A DNA stretch of 64,000 nucleotides from contig NW_020847159.1 in assembly GCF_003704095.1 (NCBI RefSeq), positions 1 through 64,000 on the forward strand. Direction: 5' to 3'. Below the pieces are notes generated by a model. The model was not told the DNA's origin, did not search any database, and worked only from the letters and a program-made list of their open reading frames with translations. Position numbers and translations under genes: made by a program. Below, piece by piece: positions 26,382 to 38,535 of this stretch; positions within the stretch are counted from its first letter, which is position 1; each line of letters opens with the position of its first letter. Origin of the DNA: Pocillopora damicornis (lineage: Eukaryota).

Positions 26382-27095
26382 GTGACTGACATGTAACTTC
26401 TCTTTACCATCAAAATAGGATATTTAGCAAAAAGGGGAGAAGCAGAATTGACAAACTTCTCAGTTTTGATGTATAAACTTGATGTAAATCGCAATTCTCT
26501 TTACTAAGTTATAAAGCAATACTGTAACAAAGTTACTTCTCTGGTGATGATTAGCTAAAATAATCTAAATCATTCCTTATATGCTTTTAGTTACTAGAGT
26601 AAAAAGTAAATGATTCTTTGCAATGATATTAGAGGATCATCCTCTACATACAAACAGTTATATTTGAAACAGTGATCAGAAAAATTCGACAACCTGACAA
26701 TATTTCAACAGCGATAATTGGATAAAAATACGTAGAGTACATAGTTTGTATTAAGTGATTTCTATCAGTTAATTCTCAAGATTAACTACTTCTTTTGGTC
26801 AGTCACGATAATTCAAGGTTTTTCTTCTGCTTCTTGCAAAAACCACCTTAACTTAAAGTAATTTGCGAAATATTCGGTTCGGTAACAGAGCAAACCAACA
26901 AAGAGATTATCATGAACCAAGAAGTAACTAGAATTTTAATTGCTTACTTCTAGCAAAAAATTAATAACGTAGTTTTTGAGTGGGAGCCCCGTATAAGGAA
27001 TCGGTATGTAACGAAGACCTTAGTGTAACATAATACTTTAAGGCCCTTCGCGGAATTCAGGGAACCTCCCTTGGTTGACACTGACTTGTTGATTG

Positions 27096-27306
27096 TTAAC
27101 CCTTTAACTACCATGAGTGACCAAAACAGAATTTCTCCTTACAATATCAATACAATATCAACTAGATAAGTGATGAGAATAAAGAAAAAGATCAATTTGG
27201 GGATAATTAGTTGATCCAATACTAAATTCTCTGAACTATTATTGTAAGAATTGTATGTTTGACACTAAGGAGAATTACAAATTTAATCTGGGAGTTAAAG
27301 GGTTAA
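27096..27306. mobile_element. TTAA-flanked ~200-bp MITE (piggyBac-like ends); best-preserved copy of an abundant family
   Basis: Perfect ends TTAACCCTTTAACT...AGTTAAAGGGTTAA. Related, more decayed copies occur near 290-445, 1375-1550, 2289-2503, 5085-5250, 13175-13270, 28296-28450, 32180-32365, 32740-33010, 45905-46120 and 61594-61712. Confidence 0.85.
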
Positions 27307-28622
27307 TAACGTAATCACATGATGTGATTTTACTCGGTCGGAGCATTTTGGCGTGTATGTTTTCGTTGCGTTTATGGATCAAACTCTGAAATTCTAGTTT
27401 AAACTCGGTTGGATTCACTTAAGCCAATTGTTGTAAGTCGGAAAACGGAATAAATTCATTTTAGGCCCACTAGTAAAAACGGGTACTAACAAGAACCCAG
27501 TATAACCACATTTTGTACATTCGTCAATTCCTAAGGAGCCCTTCGTAAGGTTGGAGTTTCACTATCCCTATAGAAAGAAGGAAACAAATTGATGTCAATT
27601 TTCCACTTGATGTGTGTAACCTTAGCTCGTTAGATATTTAGAATTCTAGCCATTTTAGAGAAAAAAAAACGTGATCAGAACGCCAGATCAAAGAACCGAC
27701 ACAAAGACCCGAACAAGATTATATAAGCATATGAACATCTTGAGTCACAACAGCTTGGAGTCACGAGAGGGATCACATGGTTTTCAGGGGGAACGGAGTG
27801 ACGATCGGTCGCCGCCAACAGGGTTTAAAGAGGGGACTATAGAGAATTGACTTCCTATGAGGGGGGTTATAAGAATATTACAAAGGCGTATAGGGGGGAT
27901 CAGGTAAATTTAGCGTGACACGCGGGCTCAGAGATATTTTCAATTTGTAAGCTCGTAAGCAAAGTGACGCGTACAATTATCGCGTGTGCGAGTTTAGTTT
28001 TTTCAGAGCCGTTTTTTTTGAGGATTTTTTACGAAGTTTTAGTATTAGTCGTGTTACCGTGTTGAGGTTCTTTTGGACGATTAAACGTGGATTTGTTTTC
28101 CGAAGGGTTTTTCGTAATTGCTTAAGGACAACAAGCAAAATTCTACGACAAGCCCCGGCGATAAATAAGGAAGGATGATGTTTAGATTCAAAGAAGATTT
28201 TAAAACACGGACTACAAATCATCGAACAAACTTGAAAACTTCGGTAAGCCAAATTTCCAGGAGAAAAAAGCCCGTGACGTAGCTCTTTAAGCGCTTAACC
28301 CTTAAGAGACGCTTGCGTCTTATTTTTCCTTACAGCATTACTTATCAAGCCCCCACTATGAATCAAATATTAAAGACATTTACGTCATGAGAATTGAGAA
28401 AGTGATCATTAACTGAAGGAGTTCCTAGTTGTAAACAAAGTCTCCATATTTTCCAAGACACACACGCCTGTGAGGTATCTCTAGTAGGCAGACACCCTCA
28501 AGAATTGGAAAAATTGTCCACCAACGGAAAAGTGTAAATAGAGAGTTTGAATGAAAGGCAAAACGGGGAATTGAAAAAAGTTTCCTAAAGTAAAGCTGTT
28601 CGTTTGCAAGAGTGTCCGTTAG

Positions 28623-29119
28623 CACAGGCGGCCCAAGCTCCAGCTGTGAGATGATCATCTTGTACAATAACAGTCATAGCGGAATTATAAGAGTTTGTAT
28701 GGGAATATTTACGACCGCTCTAATGAAAAAACAATACGTCAAATTCTCAATAAAAATACCTCACCTTACTTCCAAAGCGTATCACTTGTTATCTGACCGC
28801 TTTCTTTGATGAAAAGAACCCATTTGAGCGAGTTGTCCATTTCGAGATTTTCAACGTACATAAGAAAAGGGCTTTTCTTATGTAAGTTGAAAACCTCGAA
28901 ATGGACAACTCGCTCAAATGGGTTCTTTTCATCAAAGTAAACGGTCAGATAAAAATTGATACGCTGTGAAAGTAAGGTGCATTATTTTCATTGAGAATTT
29001 GACGTATTGTTTTATTCCTTAGAGCGGTCGTAAATATTCTCATACAAACTCTTATGATTCCGCCGTGACTGTTATTGTGTAAGATGATCATCTCACAGCT
29101 GGAGCTTGAGCCGCCTGTG
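28623..29119. mobile_element. 497-bp fold-back element, P-superfamily-like MITE
   Basis: Arms of about 247 bp (28623-28869 and 28872-29119) around a 2-nt spacer. Termini CACAG...CTGTG are flanked by the direct repeat CCGTTAG (28616-28622, 29120-29126). Confidence 0.85.
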
Positions 29120-30628
29120 CCGTTAGCAGAGAGTTGACTGTAATAAATAAACTGATTATATCACCAGATGATTGTATTTTGTACCATCAGTCACCTCCCA
29201 GGAAGGGTGGAATCAACCTGTAAGGTGACCCACAGAATACTTCCAGACGATTAAATTATATTTTATACAACTTTGACAGATATCAAATAGATTTTTAAAG
29301 TTAAATTGGATAATTTCATTTGTAAAACTGATTTAAACGATTGCAACTGAGGAGGCGGCGAATTCGGAGCTTTAAACTGTTGTGGGTGGCAAATGTCGTG
29401 AATATGAACGTGTCATCAAACACGGTTGTACAATTATCTTAAAGCCGATTAAGACCTTTACCCCAAGGAATTTTACTTAAGGCTCTCTTGGAGACAAAAC
29501 ATCCCCACTAACTAAAAGCCAAGATAAAACTTGAAAGATATAGCACGCGAATACTTTTATTTATCGATCTGGTGGTTATATGTGTGGAAATTTCGACAGG
29601 AAAGGTTATAATATTACTGGATTTGGGTTTAAAGAAAAGCACGCGATAGACTATCGATCAATTAAAAAATCAGAGGGTTATTCAAAGGAAACAAATGTAC
29701 CAATATAGGGGCTATTGACAGCGGTTATCTGTGATGACAACCTACACAGCAACAATTTTAACCCCTTAACCCCTAAGAGTGATAAAGTCCAGCATTAAGT
29801 CATTTATCGCCATGATCAAAGTATTCGGAGCAGGCAGCTGGTGACGGCAGATATTTCATAAATTTGAAAAGAATTTTTTATCGTTCCATCAAACTGTCAA
29901 CAGCCGTGAGCAATAGTTCGAAACTGCCAAAAACAATCAAAGTACCATGTCATGGAAAAATATTCACTGCGGATTTGTGGCATGCGAAACGGAAACAGAA
30001 AGATGGCCTTCTTGTTAACGTACATTGAAAATATTGCTAGCCGAAGCACTTACTTGCGAAATCATTCATACTTTAGAGGTGTTGTCACAGAATTATCACA
30101 GATAATATTAAGCATTACGAATAGAGTGTTTCATGAATCCGCTAGTTTCATTGGGAATAATCTGAAGGTTCGGAGAACCAATGCGTATAGGGGCTTGGGA
30201 CATAAACCGAAGTTACGCGGCGCGAATTTTGAAAAGACAACTGTGCGAGTGTCTCGTCAACCGCAGATCGCGCTTTGAGCGGCCGAACTATAAATTAGTG
30301 CCAATTAATATCAAAATGAGCTCAATTAAGAGAGTCAACAATACTCAATATCCTCTAATTTATTGACACAAAAAAACACTGAAAGTGCTTCTTCCATGCA
30401 GACCGTTTCGCTCATGATGGGACCGTTGGTTGCCATATTGGGAGATTACTACATTTGAGCTGAAACAAAGAGGCGGAGCTAACCTATTTATAGCGCGCTT
30501 TCGTGTTTAATATCAAGGATCAAGGATCAAGAAACGGAAAGAGGAAGATATGACTTCATAGCGAGCTGAAAGAAACTTGTGCTCGATCAAGCGGTTGTTT
30601 CGTTTTTCTTCTTCAAGTTTTGGTCTCT

Positions 30629-32167
30629 ATGTGGCCGTGTGTGAGAAGACGAAGATCATTTTTGTCGAGATGCACTGTTCCATTTGGTGTAAAGACTTAT
30701 GTTATTTTCAGTATTTTCATCATGTATCATCTGTTTCGTGAACAAGACAACAAAACTTCAAATTCACCTGGCGTTTTTCGGAAGAATTTTCCATCACTGA
30801 ACGGATTACTTTCATTGAAACGGTTTAACAAAACTGTCGCTAAAAAATTATCAACGACACGGTCTAACAAGGTGAAGAGTGTAACTTTAAGGAATATTCC
30901 GCGAGATGACAATTCGAGTGTTCCGCCAATTATTAATTCTGGATCGAAACAAAATCTCAAATTCCTTTTTGTTTTACATCATTACGAACAACTTACAAAG
31001 ACTACAGAAAATTTGCTACAACTGGCTGCGGTGGCCAAGCAAACTGGTCGTGTAGTCGTAGAGCCTTTAGTGCGCGATTCTAGGATGTGTGGTTTGCCTG
31101 ACGGTTGGTCCGGACAAAGACGGTCGGAGGCCAGAAAATTTCATCCGATGTCGCTGTATTTTGATGTGACATTTATGAAAAATTTGCTCAAGAGATCTCG
31201 CTATGCCCCGTTGGTTAAACTAGAGACTTTCAAACGGGAATGTCAATCAAGCGTTACAAACACAACATTGCTCCATTTTATGTACAGCGATCGCAAGGAA
31301 GAAGAAATGGTACGTTGGTACAAAATATCCTCGGATATTTATCAAAAGACCGAAAGTGCTTTGAAAAAATCCGGCTGGTGTGAATGCAATTTCATCGATA
31401 GCGGTCTTAATTTTTCCAATAGAATCGGTAATTTTCACGCCGGGAGACAAATTTGCTTAGACGCCGAAAAAATAAAAAGTCTTCAATTATTCAAAAGTAA
31501 AATCCTGAAAGAAGACAAATGTGTTACTATAATTCACTGGCGAGGGATAGGTACACACAGATGCCACTTCGAACCAGAAGTAAATATTGAAAGCCGGAAG
31601 TTGGTTTACTCCTTGCGATCGAGTGAATTTGTTAATTCACTGGCGAAAAAAATCATCGACACAATTGGCGAGGAATATATTTCGATTCATATCCGAGCTG
31701 AACGACAAATTCTTTGGTATGGATTCGATCGACTGTCACGGTGCATCGAAGTGCTGATGGAAAAAGTAAAAGACCTTCAACGAAAGTATAAAATTAAGAG
31801 AGTCTTTCTGTCATCTGATTTTACACGTTTTGGCTCAGACACATTGCGTACATATACATCACAGAATATTTCATTCGCCAAGAAAATAAAAGAAATATGG
31901 AGATATTTGTCGAAAACTTTAAAACCCACAATGCACAATCCAAGTTTTGGAGATTCATTAATAATGGACAGTGGGGTCGTTGCACTTACAGAGAAGAATG
32001 TTCTAATAGAGGGATCACACTTACTGACAATTGGCTCTGGGACTTTTCAACAATGGATTGTTGATGGATTTATTGAGAGAAAAATAAATTATGACAAGCA
32101 GAAGAATTGGATAGTCACAAGAATATGTCTCAAAGAGGACAAGGTTAATAATTACAAATCCAGCTGA
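30629..32167 (+). CDS. O-fucosyltransferase-like (GT-B, POFUT/O-FucT family) type II membrane glycosyltransferase, 512 aa
   Basis: Basic N-tail and TM (TYVIFSIFIMYHLF), LQLAAVAKQTGRVVVEP, GDP-sugar-binding motif YISIHIRAE, VFLSSD and GSGTFQQWI. Acceptor TTCTTCAAG ends at 30617. Donor and acceptor specificity are unknown. Confidence 0.75.
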   Translation: MWPCVRRRRSFLSRCTVPFGVKTYVIFSIFIMYHLFREQDNKTSNSPGVFRKNFPSLNGLLSLKRFNKTVAKKLSTTRSNKVKSVTLRNIPRDDNSSVPPIINSGSKQNLKFLFVLHHYEQLTKTTENLLQLAAVAKQTGRVVVEPLVRDSRMCGLPDGWSGQRRSEARKFHPMSLYFDVTFMKNLLKRSRYAPLVKLETFKRECQSSVTNTTLLHFMYSDRKEEEMVRWYKISSDIYQKTESALKKSGWCECNFIDSGLNFSNRIGNFHAGRQICLDAEKIKSLQLFKSKILKEDKCVTIIHWRGIGTHRCHFEPEVNIESRKLVYSLRSSEFVNSLAKKIIDTIGEEYISIHIRAERQILWYGFDRLSRCIEVLMEKVKDLQRKYKIKRVFLSSDFTRFGSDTLRTYTSQNISFAKKIKEIWRYLSKTLKPTMHNPSFGDSLIMDSGVVALTEKNVLIEGSHLLTIGSGTFQQWIVDGFIERKINYDKQKNWIVTRICLKEDKVNNYKSS

Positions 32168-32544
32168 CAGCAATACAACTCATAGACCAAAATGGAATTT
32201 CTCCTCTGGATAACAATAGATTTTCTAGCAGAAAGGTGTTGAGAAGGAAGAAAAATATCAGCAAGGAGATGTTGTTTGATTTAACACCACATTTTCAACA
32301 CTAAAATCATGGGAAAACATGGCAAACTGCAGATAATTGACATTAGATCTTTGGAGTCAAAGAGTAAACATTTTTCAATTTTTTCAGGAGCCTTTACATC
32401 TTGCAAAGCTTCTTACTTGTTAAGAAAGCTTGCCATAGACAAAATAATGGATAATATCATACAAATGGAAGAAAACCACCAACATGTTAATTCAACTCCC
32501 TTCTCACATGATTAAAAATACTTTTCACCCTGATCAGCATGTCA

Positions 32545-32589
32545 GTCTCACAGTCCCTGTCTCACAGTCCCTGTCTCACAGTCCCTGTC
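32545..32589. repeat. Tandem repeat (GTCTCACAGTCCCT)x3
   Basis: Seen directly. Confidence 0.95.
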
Positions 32590-33313
32590 ATCTAATCAAA
32601 GACATATAAAATTAGTGAGGAGAGCATCTCTCCAATTTTGTGCAATAGAATAAAATGAGAACAAGAGTAATCTTCATGCAGAAAATCTGAGCTATACTTG
32701 AACCAGCTTTCACTCTCAGGGCAAACTAAACAGCTGCTTCTCCTTACAATATCAAGAACTTAAGAAGACAGCTGATCAAAATATCAACTGAAGATTATAG
32801 TTTTATTCAACTCTGAAGTTTTACTGTTTCTCCACACAATAATTATTATTAACTTATTGAGAAGAAAAAGAGAAAAGAGAGCTGATCAAAATATTGACTG
32901 AGGATAATGGTTTTACTCAACTCTGAAGTTTCAGAACTGACACCAAAAGAAATATTTTAAAGGCCATTTAAACAAGAGTTAATATTCAGATCTTGGGAAT
33001 GAAATGGTAAACTGTCCTGCAAACAAATTAAAATTGTGATTGACCAACTAAGAATATCCCTTATTCATTGTAGAAGATAAAGAAAAGTCATTCTAAGTTA
33101 GAGGGATGTAATGATTCTTCATTTATTAGCCTATCAATAATTTTCATTTTTATTTTTGGAACAAATTTGGAAAAGGTATTCTGGAGGTAAAAGACAGAAA
33201 TACTCTATCAAAAATAAATTCAAAACATTATTTGTTAAATCCAGTTTAGGATTGTAAAAAGGAAAAATAAAGAGTACACGAAAGAGTGCTTTCCTTGAAA
33301 GACAGACTTGTCA

Positions 33314-33524
33314 TTAACCCTTTAACCCCATGAGTGACCAAGACAGAATTTCTCCTTACAATATCAATACAATATCAAGCAGACACATGTTGAGAATAAA
33401 GAAAAATCTTAATTAGAGGATTATTAGTTGATCCACTACCAAATACTCCAAACTTACATCACAAGAACTGTAGGGCAGACAGTAAGGAGAATTACAAATG
33501 AGATCTTGGGAGTTTAAGGGTTAA
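33314..33524. mobile_element. TTAA-MITE family copy
   Basis: TTAACCCTTTAACCCC...GGGAGTTTAAGGGTTAA; close to the 27096 copy. Confidence 0.85.
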
Positions 33525-34849
33525 GGCCAAAGGACTGAGATAAGAATCCCAAATCCCTCCCCTCTAAGAATATAGAGGAAACCTGTTCCTAAAGTGCATT
33601 ATCAGTGTACATAAATCTAACTGAAAAGGGAGACATCTACCAACTATCAGTGAACGATCACTCGATGTGTTAGCCCCTTGATAACTTTTAGGCAGCCCAC
33701 TACTGCCAGATATTTATTTAGTAGTCAGCCAATTGGCCATTAATGCCATTAAATATTAGCTTCTATATCAGCTGATTAAAGACCACATTATCTGGAGGCA
33801 ACCTTTTTTATTCACTACAAAAGAATTGTAGTTGTCTTTCATCTAATGACAGCCCTGTGTATTTATGTCCTCATCAGCTTTAGAGAAGAATAATTATAGA
33901 AGTTATTTACGAGCCGAAAGGTCTGTTCAGTGAAACCTGTAGCCTCAGGCTTAAAAATTGCTACCTTCAGCCTACTGCCTTGCTCAGACTTGGCTCACAG
34001 TATTTCACTATATGGACCTCTCCGCTAGGAAATAACATACATCTATTAGAACCGGGTAGTGTTACTCTCCAGTGAGGTACAAGGTTATGTATTACTGAAA
34101 GCTAAAAATGTTTCAGATGTTGAAGATGGTCAATTTTTTTTATAAGTTCATATGAAATGATCCATCTCAGACCGATGAGTTCATTAGGAAGTACTACATT
34201 TCTGTAGGGCCTGTAACAGTACATTCTTGATTTATACGCAGTAGCTAAGTTACTTAAATTTTCCCTCACCGCAACACCGTTCAGATCGAGGAAGCTTTGT
34301 TTACATGTATCAACAGCGACTGTTGTAGCTCAGAAAATTTTGAGAAGACCTCATTTGACGAAGAGAAGTTTCAACGCCGACGCCGTTATTATTTCTAGTT
34401 TGGGATACAGATTAATCACATTTTAGCTGGCAGAGGAAATTTTCCTTGCGAAGACAATTCAAGAAGACCGCCATTGCTCGAAGAGCTGTAAAATGAGCTT
34501 GCATCACATGGGAACATTAGAGCAAGATCATTGGTTAGCCTTAGTTTGCCTAAAAAAAAAAAAAAACTTTTTTTTTTACTCTCAGGGGTCCTGCGGAGTC
34601 AGACGCGCTCTTAGCTGGGACTGGTGATTTTTAACAGTAAATTTTATCGTAAATAACATTATAACTATCCTTCGACGTTCCTTTTGTTACAATTTAGTTG
34701 TATGTGCATTATTAGATTTCTTCGATTGATCATTAGTTCCACTAAGCTCTACGCCAAAAGAAAGAGGAAAAACAACGATGAGAGACTGAGTACAAATCTA
34801 CCGTATACCGCGAAGAGCTTGAGAACTAGTAACGAGGGGCTTTAAAAAA

Positions 34850-37800
34850 ATGGCGGCAGTAAGATATTGGTAAGTACTTCCCTAATGAAATGTTAAACGA
34901 TTCGTCGTAGATTTGCATATTCATGATGTGACGTTTGTCTAGATTAATTGTAAACATTGGTCCTAGTGGCTCTTCAACGGAAACGGAAAGATAAAGCAAA
35001 CGAAACAGGATAAATTGGTCCATTTCGTTTCATTTCTCAATTTTCCACGTGTGTTTGCAGTACCTTGAACCTCTTAAAATGGGAAATCATAAAATTCAGT
35101 GGCATTTGATCATGGATTTCGTATGTCTTGTCGCTCTGGGTGTTGCGGAGATGTTGATCCATGTCATCCCGATAAAACCATCTCACAGAGGATTTTTTTG
35201 TGATGATAAAAGCCTTCAAAAACCTTTACAAGAAGAAACTGTCTCTACATGGCTCACGATAGTTGTGGGTTTCTCTGTGTCGATTTCCGTGGTAAGTGTT
35301 TAACTTGATATTAACTCAATTACATTTTTATTTACAGGCTATTATGGATTTACTTGAACTACGTTGGTCAACATCTCTTAGCAAATAGCCACTAAAGTCA
35401 ATACAAACAAAATTACTCTAACAAACTCCTAGACCTGCTAAGAATGTTGCTGTAAACGTTTTTATACTCAGAATATATTCGCATGATCTTCACAACGGAG
35501 TAAGTGGAGGGCAGTCATAATTTTTTAATAACACGCTGTGAACGAACATTTATTTGTTTTGTTTTATTTTCAAACAGTGAACGCTTTACCCACGTTCTAG
35601 CCGTTTGAACTGTGACAACTTCTTTATCCATTGCCTATCTTCGATACTTAAAAAAAACCTAATCACTTTCAATGTTACCAAACTTTAATGAATTGCGCAA
35701 CTGATTTCTTTTATCGGCAGAGGCGTGAAAATAGAATATGTATTTCTAATTTGCCGGAACGAGCCAATACCGACTTTCCATTGTCAAACTTATTCCTACT
35801 AACACAAACGTTTGAATTTGTGCCGTTTTGATCCATTTGAATTTGTAACTTTCACTCTATTTAACAGCAGTCACGATTAAACTCCTGTGTTGAAGCATTC
35901 CCTTATTTCCTGCCAAGCCCTGAAGAATAAATGCAGAGGTGTTTTCACACAGATATTACTCGCCCAATAAAGTATTGATACTCCTTTGAACAACATAACG
36001 ACAGATGCAGTGAAGCATGAAACACCCTTTGTCGTCTCATTTCAGTTCATTGTTTGAGCAATAAGTATCTTACATTTTATTTTCACTAAGATTATTCTGT
36101 GTGAAGCAGTGAATGCTAAATCTAAAAGAAGAAAACAGCAGCTTAAAGTTGGCAAATTCAACATCAAATGTGGACCATTGATATGCACACCAACAGCATG
36201 GCAAAGAAGGTGATTTATAGCTCTTACTTGGCCCCCAAGACTATCTTTCTTGTAGATATGATCACTTTTATCATGTTAAATCCTCTTCTAGTCCACCATA
36301 AGAACTAACAGCACTTATTAAGGAAAGGTCAAGAGCAAAGATCTCCTTAAATAGACAAGCCAATTTTTGGATGCAACACCTAAGGGAATTAACAAGTACA
36401 ACCTGTACTCAACACCCCCCAATCAGAGTCTGTTAGATAATTGCCTCCCTCACTTGTTATTAGGTTATATAATTTCTGTAACTTTCTAGATCTTATTTTT
36501 ATAAAAAGAGGGATATTTTTGGAAGGTGGTCTATCTTGCAGAGGGTCTTTGACCCTTCTATAAACCTTAGTACAAGCTAGATTTTTCTGTAATAATATAC
36601 CTTTTTCACTTTCATTATTCAACTATATTTTACCTGCAATCATTTATTACCATATTGGATGGTTTTTTTTTTTCATTTTGAAAATTTCTGGATCATAATA
36701 GATGAAATATACAAATATAACCAGTCTGCTATGCATGTTTATTATAGGCTTGACTGAGAGGACATTGTTATTGACAGTTGGTTTTGAGTCACTTCTTTAT
36801 GTTTAACCCTCTGATCCCAAAGATTGACCATTGCTTAATTTCTCCTTACAGTTCTACTGTGGAATCATTCATTAAGATTATGAGATTAAAGGAAATGATC
36901 GCCAGCCTAATAAGCATTGATTGTTGAATGAATTCTCCTTGTCAGTTTCAAAGAAAATGCATAGAATAGAGTATAGAGAATATGAATGCTGACATTAGCA
37001 TGCAAAGGGTTAATAATTTAAATAATGTAACTATACAAAAATTTAATATGTTTTAATCAGGTTTAATTTTTGCTTCTCTGGTTATTTTACAGAACATTCT
37101 TTCTTCTTTTCATGTTTGGTTTTGGTGCACTTATTACAAACCTGTTCACTGACATGGGTAAAGTGACTGTTGGAAGATTGCGACCATACTTCATTGCAAT
37201 ATGCAAACCCAATGCAACTCTACTTAACTGTAGTCAAGGCTTTATTACCGAGGACATATGCACAGGAGATCCTGTAGATGTTTTGGATGCAAGGTAAATA
37301 CTATAGTTGTCATGCAATACAACAACATTTTCTAAAGAATTATGTCAAGTCATTGCTCTTCCCCCTTGATTTTTATAACTGACTAACACTGGTTAGAATC
37401 AATGGGTTTTATTTTTGAGAAAACAACTATAATGTCATAGTGCCTTTCTCCAACTTTGAGTATAAACTAGTTTAGCTCATTGGTAGCTCTGTTTCTAATG
37501 TTACTTTTCCTAACTAATCCCCTTGCTGTATTAATTGTTTTACCTTTCAGAATGTCTTTCCCTTCAGGTCATGCCTCATTTTCAACTTATTGTATGGTAT
37601 TTTTGGCAGTAAGTATTGTTTTGTTTCTGTCACTAGTCAGCCAAGTAACCTGATAACAGGCCTAGAACATTACAGGCTCTGCATGGGTAGTGACATTTAT
37701 CTTAGAATAATGTTGTACCCATATTGGTAATGCTCATAATCTCACACTTAAGACTTGTTTAGGAGTATCCTTAGTTATTAAAAGAATTCAAAAAAACATA

Positions 37801-38535
37801 CATGGGTTTCCAAAATATATAGAAAGCTTCCTTCCTAAAGTGCATAAGATTTGGTGGGTGAAAGTTTTTTTATAATTTTCCAACCTTACATTTGAAATCT
37901 CTTATTTAAGTATAGTTACTGGGGTACCCTCGACTCTGCTGGTAATTTTGTCACGAATCAGTTATTTTTTTATTTACAGCTGTATCTAGAATCATCAATG
38001 CCAACAAAACAAACCAACTTGGTGAAACCCTTTTTGCAAGTGGCCTTCCTGTCACTGGGACTTCTGTGTTCCCTGTCTCGCATATTTGACTACTGGCACC
38101 ACTGGGGAGATGTGTTGGTTGGCATGTTTCTTGGTACCCTAGTGGCTTTCTTTATAGTAAGTGTCCAATCACAACATCTGAGCATAAATTCTTACTTCAG
38201 TCCCCACTTGTTAATTTCCAGAAGGAAATCTGGAAATCTTTTTCATTTGACCTGCAACAGGTCAGCATTTTACGTACTCAAAATCAGTTCATGCTTTGGA
38301 AATTGGGATGAATTCTAGAATTACAGGCTTCCTAGCTCATGTGCAGTCTGCAAATATTAATATATGTATGATTTGTTGCCTTTTTTTCCAGACGTTCCGA
38401 TCACTGAGGCTGTTTTCCTCTCCTCCCTGCCCCAAGTGTTACCCTACTGATGAAGTTGACTTTGTATCAAGAAACCCTGTGAACAACAGTGAGGAGAGAG
38501 CAGATCTGAATGGTGACAATCAATTTCCACTGTAG
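34850..38535 (+). CDS. Phospholipid phosphatase (PAP2/LPP, wunen-like), copy A, about 312 aa
   Basis: Exons 34850-34858 (tentative; otherwise start at 35079), 35061-35291, 36091-36209, 37093-37293, 37551-37608, 37980-38156, 38392-38535. Has RGFFCDD, C1 KVTVGRLRP, C2 SFPSGH and C3 SRIFDYWHHWGDV. Confidence 0.93.
36803..37013. mobile_element. TTAA-MITE family copy (intronic)
   Basis: TTAACCCT...AAAGGGTTAA; similar to the 8296 copy. Confidence 0.8.

Larger units (their letters stand above)
15606..28156 (+). repeat. Tandem triplication of a sulfotransferase unit (A about 15606-18840, B 18841-22789, C 22790-28156)
   Basis: The units are colinear and near-identical: TTAA-MITE, upstream region, UTR-exon donor GTAAGT (16755/19810/24015), acceptor (17043/20093/24778), CDS and 3' flank. 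Each unit has private indels. Confidence 0.9.

Noticed and set aside
28623-28650. CACAG terminus read as a RAG/Transib RSS-like end
   Set aside because: No nonamer at 12/23 spacing, and with CAC ends the TSD is 7 bp rather than 5 bp.
8712-31450. Antisense and alternate-frame ORFs inside the ST and GT genes
   Set aside because: Shadows of the real coding frames, with no motifs.
8581-32167. Bacterial horizontal origin or operon for the intronless ST/GT genes
   Set aside because: They have type II Golgi anchors and 5'UTR splice sites. Single coding exons are common in animal Golgi transferases.
37051-37060. Alternative acceptor TTTTAATCAG in PLPP-A
   Set aside because: It is 32 nt upstream of the in-frame acceptor and would shift the frame. 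The 201-nt exon matches the paralog.
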